DNA from: Chthoniobacterales bacterium
Lineage (GTDB): Bacteria > Verrucomicrobiota > Verrucomicrobiia > Chthoniobacterales > Chthoniobacteraceae
Direction: 5' to 3'
Assembly (NCBI GenBank): GCA_038207335.1
Contig: JBBQZX010000003.1
Coordinates: 64,001 to 128,000 of the forward strand
DNA length: 64,000 nt
Within the stretch, counting starts at the first letter, position 1. Each line of letters starts with the position of its first letter. The position numbers and the translations under genes were made by a program. Shown here piece by piece: positions 41,339 to 49,734 of this stretch. A model generated the notes under the pieces. That model ran no database searches and had not been told where the DNA came from. It saw nothing but the letters and a program-made list of their open reading frames with translations.

Positions 41339-42163
41339 CTACAACTGCACGCGCCGGAACAGCTCGTCGAGCGGCAGACTCAGTCCGATGAAAAATTCGC
41401 CAAACTCGCCATACTCCGCCGTCACCGGATCGAAGCGCATCTCATACACGATCGCCTTCACGTCGAATGTGTCGTGCGCGAAAAGCGTGACGCCCCACTC
41501 GGCGTCCTCGAGCCCGGTCGAACCGGTGATGAGCTGCAAAATCTTGCCGTGATACTTGCGTCCGACTTTCGCGTGGCCGCGCATCAGCTTCTTCCGCTCG
41601 TCGAAATCCAGCGCATACCAATTCTGCCCGACCACGCGCCGCTTCGACATCGGATAAAAACAGAATACCTCCCAGACTGGCAGCACTGGATACAGCTTGT
41701 CCTTGCGGTATTTCGTCATCCGCGTGCTGAATTCCTGCATCCCTTTTTCAAACTCCGGCGTGCCCGGCGCGACCCCATCCTCCTTCTCGAGCGTCACCGC
41801 GTATTCCGCATCGCTCGTCGTGTATTCGCTCTCCTCGGTCATCGAGAGGTAGGTATAGACCGGCGTTAGCACATCCGGCCCGAGCGAAAGATTGAGCCGC
41901 TTTTCGATCGCATTTGCCGTGTGCAAATCGGGCGTCAGCAACATGAAGCCGATGTCCGCTTTCGGCGACACGATGCTGAAAATCAGGAGCTGCGTCGTCT
42001 CCGTCTCGCGGATTTCCGCGATGAGTTCGGTAAAGCTCGTCTTCACTTCGCGCTGCTCGTCCGGCGTGAGCAGCGACCACTGCCCGTGCTCGATTTTGTA
42101 GAAAAGGTGCAGCACGTGCCAGCCTTCGCGCGGCACCACGCTGGCGGGAGTTTTTTCAGTCAT
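41339..42163 (-). CDS. hemQ: Coproheme decarboxylase / chlorite dismutase family
   Basis: EGWHVLH, FYPMSKRR, NWYAL..ER..LM..H..VGR, QLITGSTGL.D.EWGVTL, VYEMRFD. Confidence 0.85.
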   Translation of the reverse strand: MTEKTPASVVPREGWHVLHLFYKIEHGQWSLLTPDEQREVKTSFTELIAEIRETETTQLLIFSIVSPKADIGFMLLTPDLHTANAIEKRLNLSLGPDVLTPVYTYLSMTEESEYTTSDAEYAVTLEKEDGVAPGTPEFEKGMQEFSTRMTKYRKDKLYPVLPVWEVFCFYPMSKRRVVGQNWYALDFDERKKLMRGHAKVGRKYHGKILQLITGSTGLEDAEWGVTLFAHDTFDVKAIVYEMRFDPVTAEYGEFGEFFIGLSLPLDELFRRVQL

Positions 42164-42279
42164 GGGGCGCAGAAGATCGGAGCCGCGCGGGGGCCGGTCA
42201 ATGCTCGACTTGCCGCGCGGGAAAAGCGTTGCAAAGGCACGGCACGTTCCTATTTTGACCGCTCCAAAATCCAAATCAG

Positions 42280-42513
42280 ATGGCCGATCTCGCTAATAAA
42301 TATCCCGAAAACGTCGCCGGAAAATTCTACGTCGATGACCAGTGCATCGACTGCGATCTCTGCCGCGAGACGGCTCCCGCGAATTACACGCGCAACGACG
42401 ACGGCGGCCACAGCTACGTCTTCAAGCAGGCCGAGTCGCCCGAGGAGGAGGCGCTGTGCCGCGAGGCGATGGAAGGCTGCCCGGTCGAGGCGATCGGCAG
42501 CGACGGAGAATAA
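42280..42513 (+). CDS. Ferredoxin
   Basis: CIDCDLC...CPVEAI. Confidence 0.9.
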   Translation: MADLANKYPENVAGKFYVDDQCIDCDLCRETAPANYTRNDDGGHSYVFKQAESPEEEALCREAMEGCPVEAIGSDGE

Positions 42514-42520
42514 TCGCGCT

Positions 42521-42546
42521 GTAGCCGGGATCGCCGATCCCGGCTA
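42521..42546. repeat. GTAG-type REP-like hairpin / possible terminator
   Basis: TAGCCGGGATC-gcc-GATCCCGGCTA, a perfect 11-bp stem after the ferredoxin stop. Confidence 0.5.
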
Positions 42547-42557
42547 AACGTCCGCGA

Positions 42558-42920
42558 ATGCACCCCGCGAAATTGCGCGCCATCGCCCTCGCGGAATGGC
42601 GCGGGTTGCCGGCGACGCCATTCATTCGCGATACATCGAGGCCGATCGGTGAGACGATGGCGAAAGTGCTCGCCGGGCTCGGGCTGAAGGACCGCCTGCG
42701 TGAGGATGAGGTGCTGCGGGCTTGGGGTGAGATAGTCGGGGAATTCATCGCCGGCCACGCGACGCCGAGCCGACTCAAGGACCGCGTGCTCTACGTCCAA
42801 GTCCTGCAGCCGACCGCGCTCTACGATCTCGACCGCGTGTGGAAGCCGCAGATTTTGGAAAAGCTGAAGAACCGCTTCGGCGTGAAGACGGTGCGGGACA
42901 TCAAATTTCGCATCGGATGA
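42558..42920 (+). CDS. DUF721 / DciA-family protein
   Basis: W.EIVG..IA.H..P..L....L.V and DIKFRIG pattern. Confidence 0.75.
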   Translation: MHPAKLRAIALAEWRGLPATPFIRDTSRPIGETMAKVLAGLGLKDRLREDEVLRAWGEIVGEFIAGHATPSRLKDRVLYVQVLQPTALYDLDRVWKPQILEKLKNRFGVKTVRDIKFRIG

Positions 42921-43276
42921 GCGCCGTGCCCGACCTCATCCGCATCGAAGCGCTCGAGCTTTCCGCGCACATTGGCGTGCCGGATGAAGAGCGCGCCGCA
43001 CCGCAGCGCCTGACCGCAAACCTTTTGCTGGAGCCGATCGCGGGATTTTCCGAACTCGGCGATCGGATCGAAAACGGGGTCGATTATTTCCAAGTCTCGC
43101 GTGCCGTGCAGGCGCTCTCGCGCGCGAAATCGCGGAGGCTCATCGAAACACTCGCAGACGAAATCGCCGCCGATTTGCTCGCGCGATTTCCGCTCCGCAG
43201 CGTGGAGATCGAGCTGCGAAAATACATCCTGCCCGACACCGCATTCGTTGCCGTCCGACTCCGCCGACCCGCGTGA
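42917..43276 (+). CDS. folB: Dihydroneopterin aldolase
   Basis: HIGV.DEER..PQ, VDY, LIETLA, ELRK. Confidence 0.88.
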   Translation: MSAVPDLIRIEALELSAHIGVPDEERAAPQRLTANLLLEPIAGFSELGDRIENGVDYFQVSRAVQALSRAKSRRLIETLADEIAADLLARFPLRSVEIELRKYILPDTAFVAVRLRRPA

Positions 43277-43312
43277 AACAGAGAGCCCCGGTTAAAAGAC
43301 TCCACCTCTTCC

Positions 43313-44431
43313 ATGAAAAAAAAGCTCCCAAAACTCATCGTCGGCGACAGCGACCATGATCCGGACATCCTTTACGCCACGGGGTTCTTCGCGCCTGATC
43401 CTTTCATTTTTCTCGCGCAAAATGGGAAGACTTCCGTCGTGCTCAGCGACCTCGAAGTCGATCGCGGACGTGCCACCGCGCGCGTCGATGAAGTCGTGGC
43501 GATGGCGGACATTTCGAAGCTGTGCAAAAAGGGAAAGGCCTCGCCGTTTGTCGAGCATCTCGCGGTTTTTCTGCATTCGCGCGGCATCAAACGCGCCGCA
43601 GTTCCGCGCACTTTTCCACTCGGGCTCGCGAATGACCTCGCTAAATTCGGCATCGCGCTCGCCGCGCAAAAAGGCCTCTTTTTTCCCGAGCGGGAAAGGA
43701 AGACCGAGAGCGAACTCGGCCACATGCGTCGCGCATCGCGCATCACGGAAGCAGGCCTCGCGCGCGGCTTCGAGGTGCTGCGCGCGTCGGAAATTGGAAA
43801 GCGAAACGTCCTCTCGTGGGGCGGGCGCACGCTGACTTCAGAGTTGCTCCGCGCGGAGATCGAGTCAGCGATTTTGCGCGCGGGCGGAGCGCCTGCGAAT
43901 TCCATCGTCGCCGGCGGTGAGCAAGCGTGCGACCCGCACGAGCGCGGGCACGGGCCTCTGCGCGCAAAGGAACTCATCATCCTCGACATCTTCCCGCGCT
44001 CGGCGACGACGGGATACTTCGGCGACATGACGCGCACGGTGGTCCGCGGACGCGCGAGCGATGCTCAACGCGCGCTGTGGCAGACCGTGCTCGATGGCCA
44101 AAAGCTCGCGCTGAAGGCGATGAAGCCCGGCGCGGGCGGAAAGGAAATCCAGGATTCCGTGCGCAATCTTTTCACGAAAAAAGGATATCCGACCGAGCAG
44201 CGCGAGGGGCGCTGGTGCGGCTTTTTCCACGGCCTCGGCCACGGGCTCGGGCTGGAAATCCACGAGGATCCGCGCATGGCGCGCACGACGCTCACGCCGG
44301 GGCAGGTGCTCACCGTAGAGCCAGGCCTCTACTATTCCGGCCTCGGTGGAGCGCGCCATGAAGACGTGGTGGTCATCACCGACACCGGCAACCAGATGCT
44401 CTCGAAATTTCCGAAGCCGCTCGAGATTTAG
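43313..44431 (+). CDS. Xaa-Pro aminopeptidase (M24)
   Basis: DIFP, GDMTRT, HGLGHGLGLEIHE, TVEPGLY, RHED. Confidence 0.92.
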   Translation: MKKKLPKLIVGDSDHDPDILYATGFFAPDPFIFLAQNGKTSVVLSDLEVDRGRATARVDEVVAMADISKLCKKGKASPFVEHLAVFLHSRGIKRAAVPRTFPLGLANDLAKFGIALAAQKGLFFPERERKTESELGHMRRASRITEAGLARGFEVLRASEIGKRNVLSWGGRTLTSELLRAEIESAILRAGGAPANSIVAGGEQACDPHERGHGPLRAKELIILDIFPRSATTGYFGDMTRTVVRGRASDAQRALWQTVLDGQKLALKAMKPGAGGKEIQDSVRNLFTKKGYPTEQREGRWCGFFHGLGHGLGLEIHEDPRMARTTLTPGQVLTVEPGLYYSGLGGARHEDVVVITDTGNQMLSKFPKPLEI

Positions 44432-44515
44432 CGGGCGGTTAGACGAGATGCGCGCCGCGCGTTTGAACAGTCCCGCCGCGCGGGTGTCAGAAAACAGCCG
44501 GACTTTTAAAGCCCA

Positions 44516-45190
44516 ATGACACTCGGAAACTATCTCCTCCTCCTCATCGCCCCGCTGCTCCTCGGCCTCTGGGCTCAGTGGCGCGTGAAAAGCGCGTTCG
44601 GCAAATACTCCCAAGTCCGCGCCAGCTCGAATATCACCGGTGCCGAAGCCGCGCGCGAAGTGCTCGAAGCCGCGCAAATTCACGACGTCGAAGTCGTCGA
44701 AATCAACGGAATGCTCGGCGACCACTACGACCCCACGAGCAAGCGCCTCTGCCTCTCCACCGACGTCTTCAGCACCCCATCCGTCGCCGCGCTCGGCATC
44801 GCCATCCACGAGTGCGGCCACGCGATCCAGCACGCGAAAGCCTACGCGCCACTCAAAATCCGCATGGCCCTCGTGCCCGTCACGATGTTCGCCTCGAAGC
44901 TCCTCACCATCATCATTTTCGCGAGCTGGTTTTTCGCTTTCTCCGGCCTTTTCAAAATCGGCTTCTGGTGCTTTTTCGTCCTCGCGGTTTTCCAAATCAT
45001 CACGCTCCCCGTCGAGTTCGACGCATCGCGCCGGGCGAAAATCATCCTCCAGCAAATGGGTATCATCCAGCCCGGCGCCGAAGCCGCTGGCGTCTCCAGC
45101 GTGCTCAATGCCGCCGCCCTCACCTACGTTGCCGCGCTCGTCGCGACACTAGGCAACCTCCTCTTCTTCTTCCTCCGCAGCCGCGACTAG
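44516..45190 (+). CDS. Membrane zinc metallopeptidase (YugP-like)
   Basis: LGDHYDP, HECGHAIQH, TLPVEFDAS.RA, AALTYVA. Confidence 0.88.
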   Translation: MTLGNYLLLLIAPLLLGLWAQWRVKSAFGKYSQVRASSNITGAEAAREVLEAAQIHDVEVVEINGMLGDHYDPTSKRLCLSTDVFSTPSVAALGIAIHECGHAIQHAKAYAPLKIRMALVPVTMFASKLLTIIIFASWFFAFSGLFKIGFWCFFVLAVFQIITLPVEFDASRRAKIILQQMGIIQPGAEAAGVSSVLNAAALTYVAALVATLGNLLFFFLRSRD

Positions 45191-45200
45191 AAACTCCCCC

Positions 45201-45920
45201 ATGTCATTCGCTCCCGCACTTCCGTCCTCCCTTGCCGATACGCTCCCATTTTTCAGCGCAGCGCCCGCGCAAACTCCTACCGCTCCGCCTGCAAACACTG
45301 ATACGAAGCGGCGGACCATGCAGGACGCCACGAGCCGCCAACAGGACGACGAGCTGATCGCCCGCACACAAGCGGGCGACCCGGCGGCGTTCGACGAGCT
45401 CATCGTGAAATACAGCCCGCGCCTCTACGGCCTCGTCTATCACATGACCTCGAACCACGAGGACGCCAACGACCTCATGCAGGACATCTGGTCGAAAGCC
45501 TTTCGCTCCATCACCGGCTTCCGCGGCAAATCCAGCTTCTACACATGGATGCACTCCATCGGGGTGAACATGACGATTAACTTCCTCAAAAAGCGCGGCC
45601 GCCGTTTTCACCTTAGCCTCGATGACGTCGATTCAAACATCCAGAACGACAAGGAATTCATCGAACTCACCGCCGCCAGTTCGCCCGTCCGCGAGACCGA
45701 TCTGAACGAACTGCAAGTGCGCCTGAACGAGTCCATGCAAAAGCTGTCTCACGACCACCGCGCCGTCGTCACCATGTTCGACATTCAGGGCATGCCGCAC
45801 GCCGAGATCGCGAAAATCCTCGGCACCTCCGAAGGCACCGTCCGCTCCCGCCTCTTCTACGCGCATCGCCAGCTCCAAAACTTCCTCACCGAATTTCACG
45901 ACACACCACGCCATGACTGA
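45201..45920 (+). CDS. ECF sigma-70 factor (RpoE-like; alternative start 45318)
   Basis: GD..AFDEL, DANDLMQD, FRGKSSFYTW, EIAKILGTSEGTVRSRLFYA. Confidence 0.92.
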   Translation: MSFAPALPSSLADTLPFFSAAPAQTPTAPPANTDTKRRTMQDATSRQQDDELIARTQAGDPAAFDELIVKYSPRLYGLVYHMTSNHEDANDLMQDIWSKAFRSITGFRGKSSFYTWMHSIGVNMTINFLKKRGRRFHLSLDDVDSNIQNDKEFIELTAASSPVRETDLNELQVRLNESMQKLSHDHRAVVTMFDIQGMPHAEIAKILGTSEGTVRSRLFYAHRQLQNFLTEFHDTPRHD

Positions 45921-46392
45921 CGAGCAACTCACCGCCCTGCTACGACTCAAGCGTTACGAAGAGCCGCCTCCCGGCTACTTCGACGGCCTGCTCAAGAACG
46001 TGCAGAGCCGCCAGCGCGCCGAGCTTTTGCGGCGTCCGCTGTGGAAAATTGCGATCGAGCGCGTGCAGACATTTTTCGGCGAGCACAGCATGAGCTCGCT
46101 CTCCTATGCCGGCGCGATGGCGGGCTTCCTCGTCATCGGCCTCGTCGGCATTGGGCTCATGTCGCCCGGCGATTTGGAGCGGAAAAACAACGCCTCCATG
46201 ACACTCGCCAGTGCCGTTCCCGCCGCCGCCGGCAAAATCCTCTCGCTCCAGCCCAACCGGCTCCCCGCCTCGCCCTTCGCCCCCACGCAGCCGCTCGGAA
46301 ATACATGGCCCGTCTCGGCTCCCGGCGGCCACGCGCCGCGCTACGTCATCGACGCGCGGCCCGCGAGCTATGAACTTTCCCGCAGCTACTAA
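45913..46392 (+). CDS. Putative single-pass anti-sigma factor
   Basis: Overlaps the sigma stop; N-terminal LLRLKRYEEPPPGYF domain and one TM helix. Confidence 0.65.
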   Translation: MTDEQLTALLRLKRYEEPPPGYFDGLLKNVQSRQRAELLRRPLWKIAIERVQTFFGEHSMSSLSYAGAMAGFLVIGLVGIGLMSPGDLERKNNASMTLASAVPAAAGKILSLQPNRLPASPFAPTQPLGNTWPVSAPGGHAPRYVIDARPASYELSRSY

Positions 46393-47425
46393 GCGCGCGA
46401 TCCCCGTCGCAGCCAGCCTGCTCTTCCTCGCTGCGCGCCCGCTTTTTGCGGAGGAAAATCCCGCGCCCTCCGCCGCAGAGGCCATCGCCGGCGAAGTCCG
46501 TGTGATCTTCCAAAACTGCCGCAAAGCTGTCGTCAAAATCGAAGCCGTCGATGCCCACGGCGAACTCGCCGGTACCGGATTCTTCATCGATCCAAACGGC
46601 ACCCTCTACACCTCCTACACCGTCGGCGGCGAATCCCGCGGCATCGTCGTCACCGTCGGCGACCAAAAGCTCCCCGCGCATCGCATTGCCGCCGACCCGC
46701 GCAGCGGCGTCGCCATCTTGAAAGTCGATGCCGAGACCCCTTTCCTGCTCCCTGGAAAATCGCACGACCTCCTCGTCGCCTCCCCCGTCATCTCCATCGG
46801 ATACCCCATGGACCTCCCGCTCACCCCCACATTCGGCACCGTCGGCGGCTTCGATCTGAAATACCTCGGCCGCTATTTTGCCACCACCCACATCCGCGCA
46901 AACGTTCCCGTCCAGCGCGGCGAAGGCGGCGCACCGCTCCTCAATATGCACGGCGAAGTCGTCGGCATCCTCATCTCCAGCCTCGACTCCGGCAGCGCCT
47001 CCTTCGTCCTCCCCATCGAAGCCGCCGAGAAAGTCCGCATGGACTACGTCCGCTTCGGCGAAGTCCGACCTGGCTGGATCGGCGTCAACGTCAGTGCCGC
47101 CCCCGAGCCAATCGGCGGCTCCGTTGCACAAATCGAAGCCCTCGCCGAAAACGGCCCCGCCGAGAAAGCCGGCCTGGAGAAAGGCGACATCCTCCTCCAG
47201 ATCGGCGACAAAAAAATCACCGAGCTCGAAGACGTCCTCGACGCCTCCTTCTTCACCACAGCCGGCGACCCTCTCCCCGTCAAAGTCCTCCGCGACCACG
47301 AGCCCCGCGACCTCACCCTCCAGCCCCGCGACCATCCCGGCTCCGAGCACCTCCACCCCGGCGGCATCCCCACCAGCCAGCCCTTCGCCGGCTCCACCGA
47401 CCTGCCCCTGAAGATGGGAAGGTGA
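46370..47425 (+). CDS. HtrA/S1C trypsin-PDZ protein with degenerate catalytic triad
   Basis: GTGFFI, TSYTV, DPRSGVA, RGEGGAPL, GWIGV, GPAEKAGL..GD PDZ. Confidence 0.85.
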   Translation: MNFPAATKRAIPVAASLLFLAARPLFAEENPAPSAAEAIAGEVRVIFQNCRKAVVKIEAVDAHGELAGTGFFIDPNGTLYTSYTVGGESRGIVVTVGDQKLPAHRIAADPRSGVAILKVDAETPFLLPGKSHDLLVASPVISIGYPMDLPLTPTFGTVGGFDLKYLGRYFATTHIRANVPVQRGEGGAPLLNMHGEVVGILISSLDSGSASFVLPIEAAEKVRMDYVRFGEVRPGWIGVNVSAAPEPIGGSVAQIEALAENGPAEKAGLEKGDILLQIGDKKITELEDVLDASFFTTAGDPLPVKVLRDHEPRDLTLQPRDHPGSEHLHPGGIPTSQPFAGSTDLPLKMGR

Positions 47426-47852
47426 GGGGAGCGCAGAGGCCAGCCTCCGCGACCTGCGGGACAAAGCTCCTCGCGACCACATCCTCGCCGAGAAATCGCA
47501 CTAGTCAGCCCCTTCGAGAATCAGCGCGCGGCCGCTGACCCGCCTTCCCGGCTCCCTTGCCGCGTCGATGTCCGCACCGCGCCCCGCCCGAACCGAGAAA
47601 GGCATTGACACCCGCGCACGCCCGGCGCGACAAACGCGTCCGTGGAAGCCCCCGCGTGGAAAAAGCCGTCGTGCGCCCCCAGGACTGCTGGCATCCTTGG
47701 AAGCACCTCCGCCTCCTCTCGACCCGCCCGCTCCATCATCGCGAAAAATCGCACCTCCTGCGACCGGGGTCAGAGAATCGCGATCGGCGAAACCCGCCGC
47801 ATCGCCGATGGCGGCATCCTCATGGCCATGCCCTAAAGCCGCATAAGTCAAT

Positions 47853-48124
47853 CAAGTCCACTACAACCTTATCGGTTCCCTCGGCCCCCACACCACCTAC
47901 AAAGACGCCCTCAGCGACGCCCAGCGAGCCGCTGAAGACCTCATCCCCGGCGCCACCGGCATCGATTAAAATCATCCTCGACCTCTACAACGACGCCGAA
48001 GACCACTGCCGCGACCTCCCCCCCCGGCACCCGCCCCGACAAATGCGGCTAATGGGGCCTCCAATACGCCGACGACCCCGAGGAAGAAGAACAACCCTCA
48101 ACTCCAACTCCGCCCACCCCGTAG
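47853..48124 (+). pseudogene. Decayed gene fragment of unknown family
   Basis: Coding-like frames QVHYNLIGSLG...GATGID* / IILDLYNDAEDHCRDLPP / GTRPDKCG*WGLQYADDPEEEEQPSTPTPPTP*, with two frameshifts and internal stops. Confidence 0.45.
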
Positions 48125-48194
48125 CGCTACCCCTATTTCATGTTAGGCGTCTTGAGAGCACTCTCCGAACTTCTAACCGCCATTATTCCATTCT

Positions 48195-48575
48195 ATGTCT
48201 TACATTAACCTCGAAAAGAAATACGACACCGTCGTGAGCAGCGGGCAATCCACTCTCAAGGCGCTCTTGACCCTGAACGGCGGCGCAAGCTTGGCATTTC
48301 TCGCCTTCATTGAACATGCGTTGGCGCAGAAATTGCCTATTGAGCGCGGTGGTCTGGTTTTAGCATTGCAGCTATTCATAGCAGGCACGTTCATGACCGT
48401 CTGCGCCTTCGGAACAATTTTTTTGACGAATTGCTTTAGCAGCGTCAGGTGGAACCGGACATCGAACGCCATGTTCGTTATAACGCTTCTTTGTGGCTTT
48501 TCCTCGCTGTTTCTTTTTGTATGGGCGAGCGGCACCGCCATACATGGATTCGAAGCTTTGCCGCAGACTCCGTGA
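48195..48575 (+). CDS. Cassette 1: small multi-TM hypothetical protein
   Basis: 126 aa, LTLNGGASLAFLAF, three hydrophobic segments; stop lies 7 nt before attC1. Confidence 0.75.
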   Translation: MSYINLEKKYDTVVSSGQSTLKALLTLNGGASLAFLAFIEHALAQKLPIERGGLVLALQLFIAGTFMTVCAFGTIFLTNCFSSVRWNRTSNAMFVITLLCGFSSLFLFVWASGTAIHGFEALPQTP

Positions 48576-48582
48576 ATAAGTC

Positions 48583-48713
48583 GCCTAACCATGCGATGCA
48601 GCGAACCGCTCCGTGCGTTACAGCCTGTGCGCCCCCCCGCAGACCCGCCCCCGCAACCTTTCCGCACAGGCTGCACCGCCCCTCGGCAGTCGCCGAGCTT
48701 GAGGGCGTTAGGC
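48583..48713 (+). repeat. attC site 1
   Basis: GCCTAAC...GTTAGGC ends; arms TGCAGCGAAC/GTCGCCGAGC and CAGCCTGTGCG/CGCACAGGCTG. Confidence 0.9.
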
Positions 48714-48841
48714 AATGCTACCCGTCACTCGCACATCCGCGGTCCCTCTCAACCAATTAATATCTCGACAGGCGGATTGAGTGAGCGTTATATTGCGCAC
48801 CGACTCCTTCTAGAGGAGATAAAAACCGTCAAAACACTCCA

Positions 48842-49018
48842 ATGCCTAAAATTCCTGTCGGTTTCGGCATTGTTACGCCCGCGGCAGACGTCTATTACAA
48901 TTCAATGTCGATCGTTCCTGAGCCCTCATCGGTGATGATGCTTCTCGCGGGATGCATGTTCTGCTTCGGAGCCGTCGCAGCTAAGGAAAAAAATAGTCAC
49001 TTCGACCGCAACCCCTAA
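48842..49018 (+). pseudogene. Cassette 2: 58-aa ORF with PEP-CTERM-like motif (probably truncated and frameshifted)
   Basis: MPKIPVGFGIVTPAADVYYNSMSIVPEPSSVMMLLAGCMFCFGAVAAKEKNSHFDRNP*; stop lies inside the attC2 CTAAC; an alternative frame gives LLRSRRS*. Confidence 0.6.
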
Positions 49019-49139
49019 CCCTGCGCTGCAGCGAGCTGCTCCGGGCGTCACAGCCTGTGCTCCTTCCCGCAGACCCGCCCCCACGGCGATGCAGCTACCG
49101 CACCACCCTTCGCAGCCGCTGAGCTTGGGGTCGTTCGGC
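49013..49139 (+). repeat. attC site 2
   Basis: CCCTAAC...GCTGAGCTTGGGGTCGTTCGGC; homologous to attC1. Confidence 0.88.
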
Positions 49140-49162
49140 GACTTCCACGCACAATCTCTCCA

Positions 49163-49624
49163 ATGAAAGCCTTTCTGTTCCTTCTCCTCGCCGTCACCAC
49201 ACTTTCCGCTTCGGCAGCCGACAGACGCCGCGACGCCAAAGAGTCGAAGCCCGACGCGCTCGTGGCAGCAGTGAATTACGGCAGGGCATTCTATACCGAA
49301 CTCAGCCGAGAAGTGGCGCTGCCTCTTCCCTTTAACACCGGCGGTGGCGGAGACATCGGCGCGATGCATTCCCGCGAATGGAGCTACACCATTCCTGCCG
49401 ATCAGTTCCCGGCGAAGCGCCTCTACGAGATTGCGTTTCGTGCGCACCAACAGTGGCACGTTGGCTGGACAGGCTGGGCCGGAAACGACGGCGGAGGGGG
49501 CGGCGGAACCAATCGCTTTCGCGCCACAGCGGGAACGTACGGCGCCAGTGTCTTCATCGACGTCATCGCTTACACCGAAGGCACTGACACGGTGATTCTC
49601 GTGATGGCACGCTGTGCCCAATGA
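49163..49624 (+). CDS. Cassette 3: secreted hypothetical protein
   Basis: Signal peptide MKAFLFLLLAVTTLSASA; 153 aa; stop abuts attC3. Confidence 0.8.
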   Translation: MKAFLFLLLAVTTLSASAADRRRDAKESKPDALVAAVNYGRAFYTELSREVALPLPFNTGGGGDIGAMHSREWSYTIPADQFPAKRLYEIAFRAHQQWHVGWTGWAGNDGGGGGGTNRFRATAGTYGASVFIDVIAYTEGTDTVILVMARCAQ

Positions 49625-49628
49625 AGTC

Positions 49629-49724
49629 GCCGAACCATGCGCTGCCGCGAACTGCTCCGGGCGTCACAGCCTGTGCTCCCGCCCGCAGACCCGCCCCCGC
49701 CGCTGAGGCTCGGGGTCTATAGGC
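49629..49724 (+). repeat. attC site 3 (internally deleted, mutated core)
   Basis: GCCGAAC start and a left arm shared with attC2; about 30 bp shorter; ends TATAGGC. Confidence 0.75.
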
Positions 49725-49734
49725 GAATCCGCGC

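Noticed and set aside
48583..49724. CRISPR array interpretation of the three repeats
   Set aside because: The units are about 96-131 bp, separated by gene-sized ORFs, and have attC cores; no cas genes are in the window.
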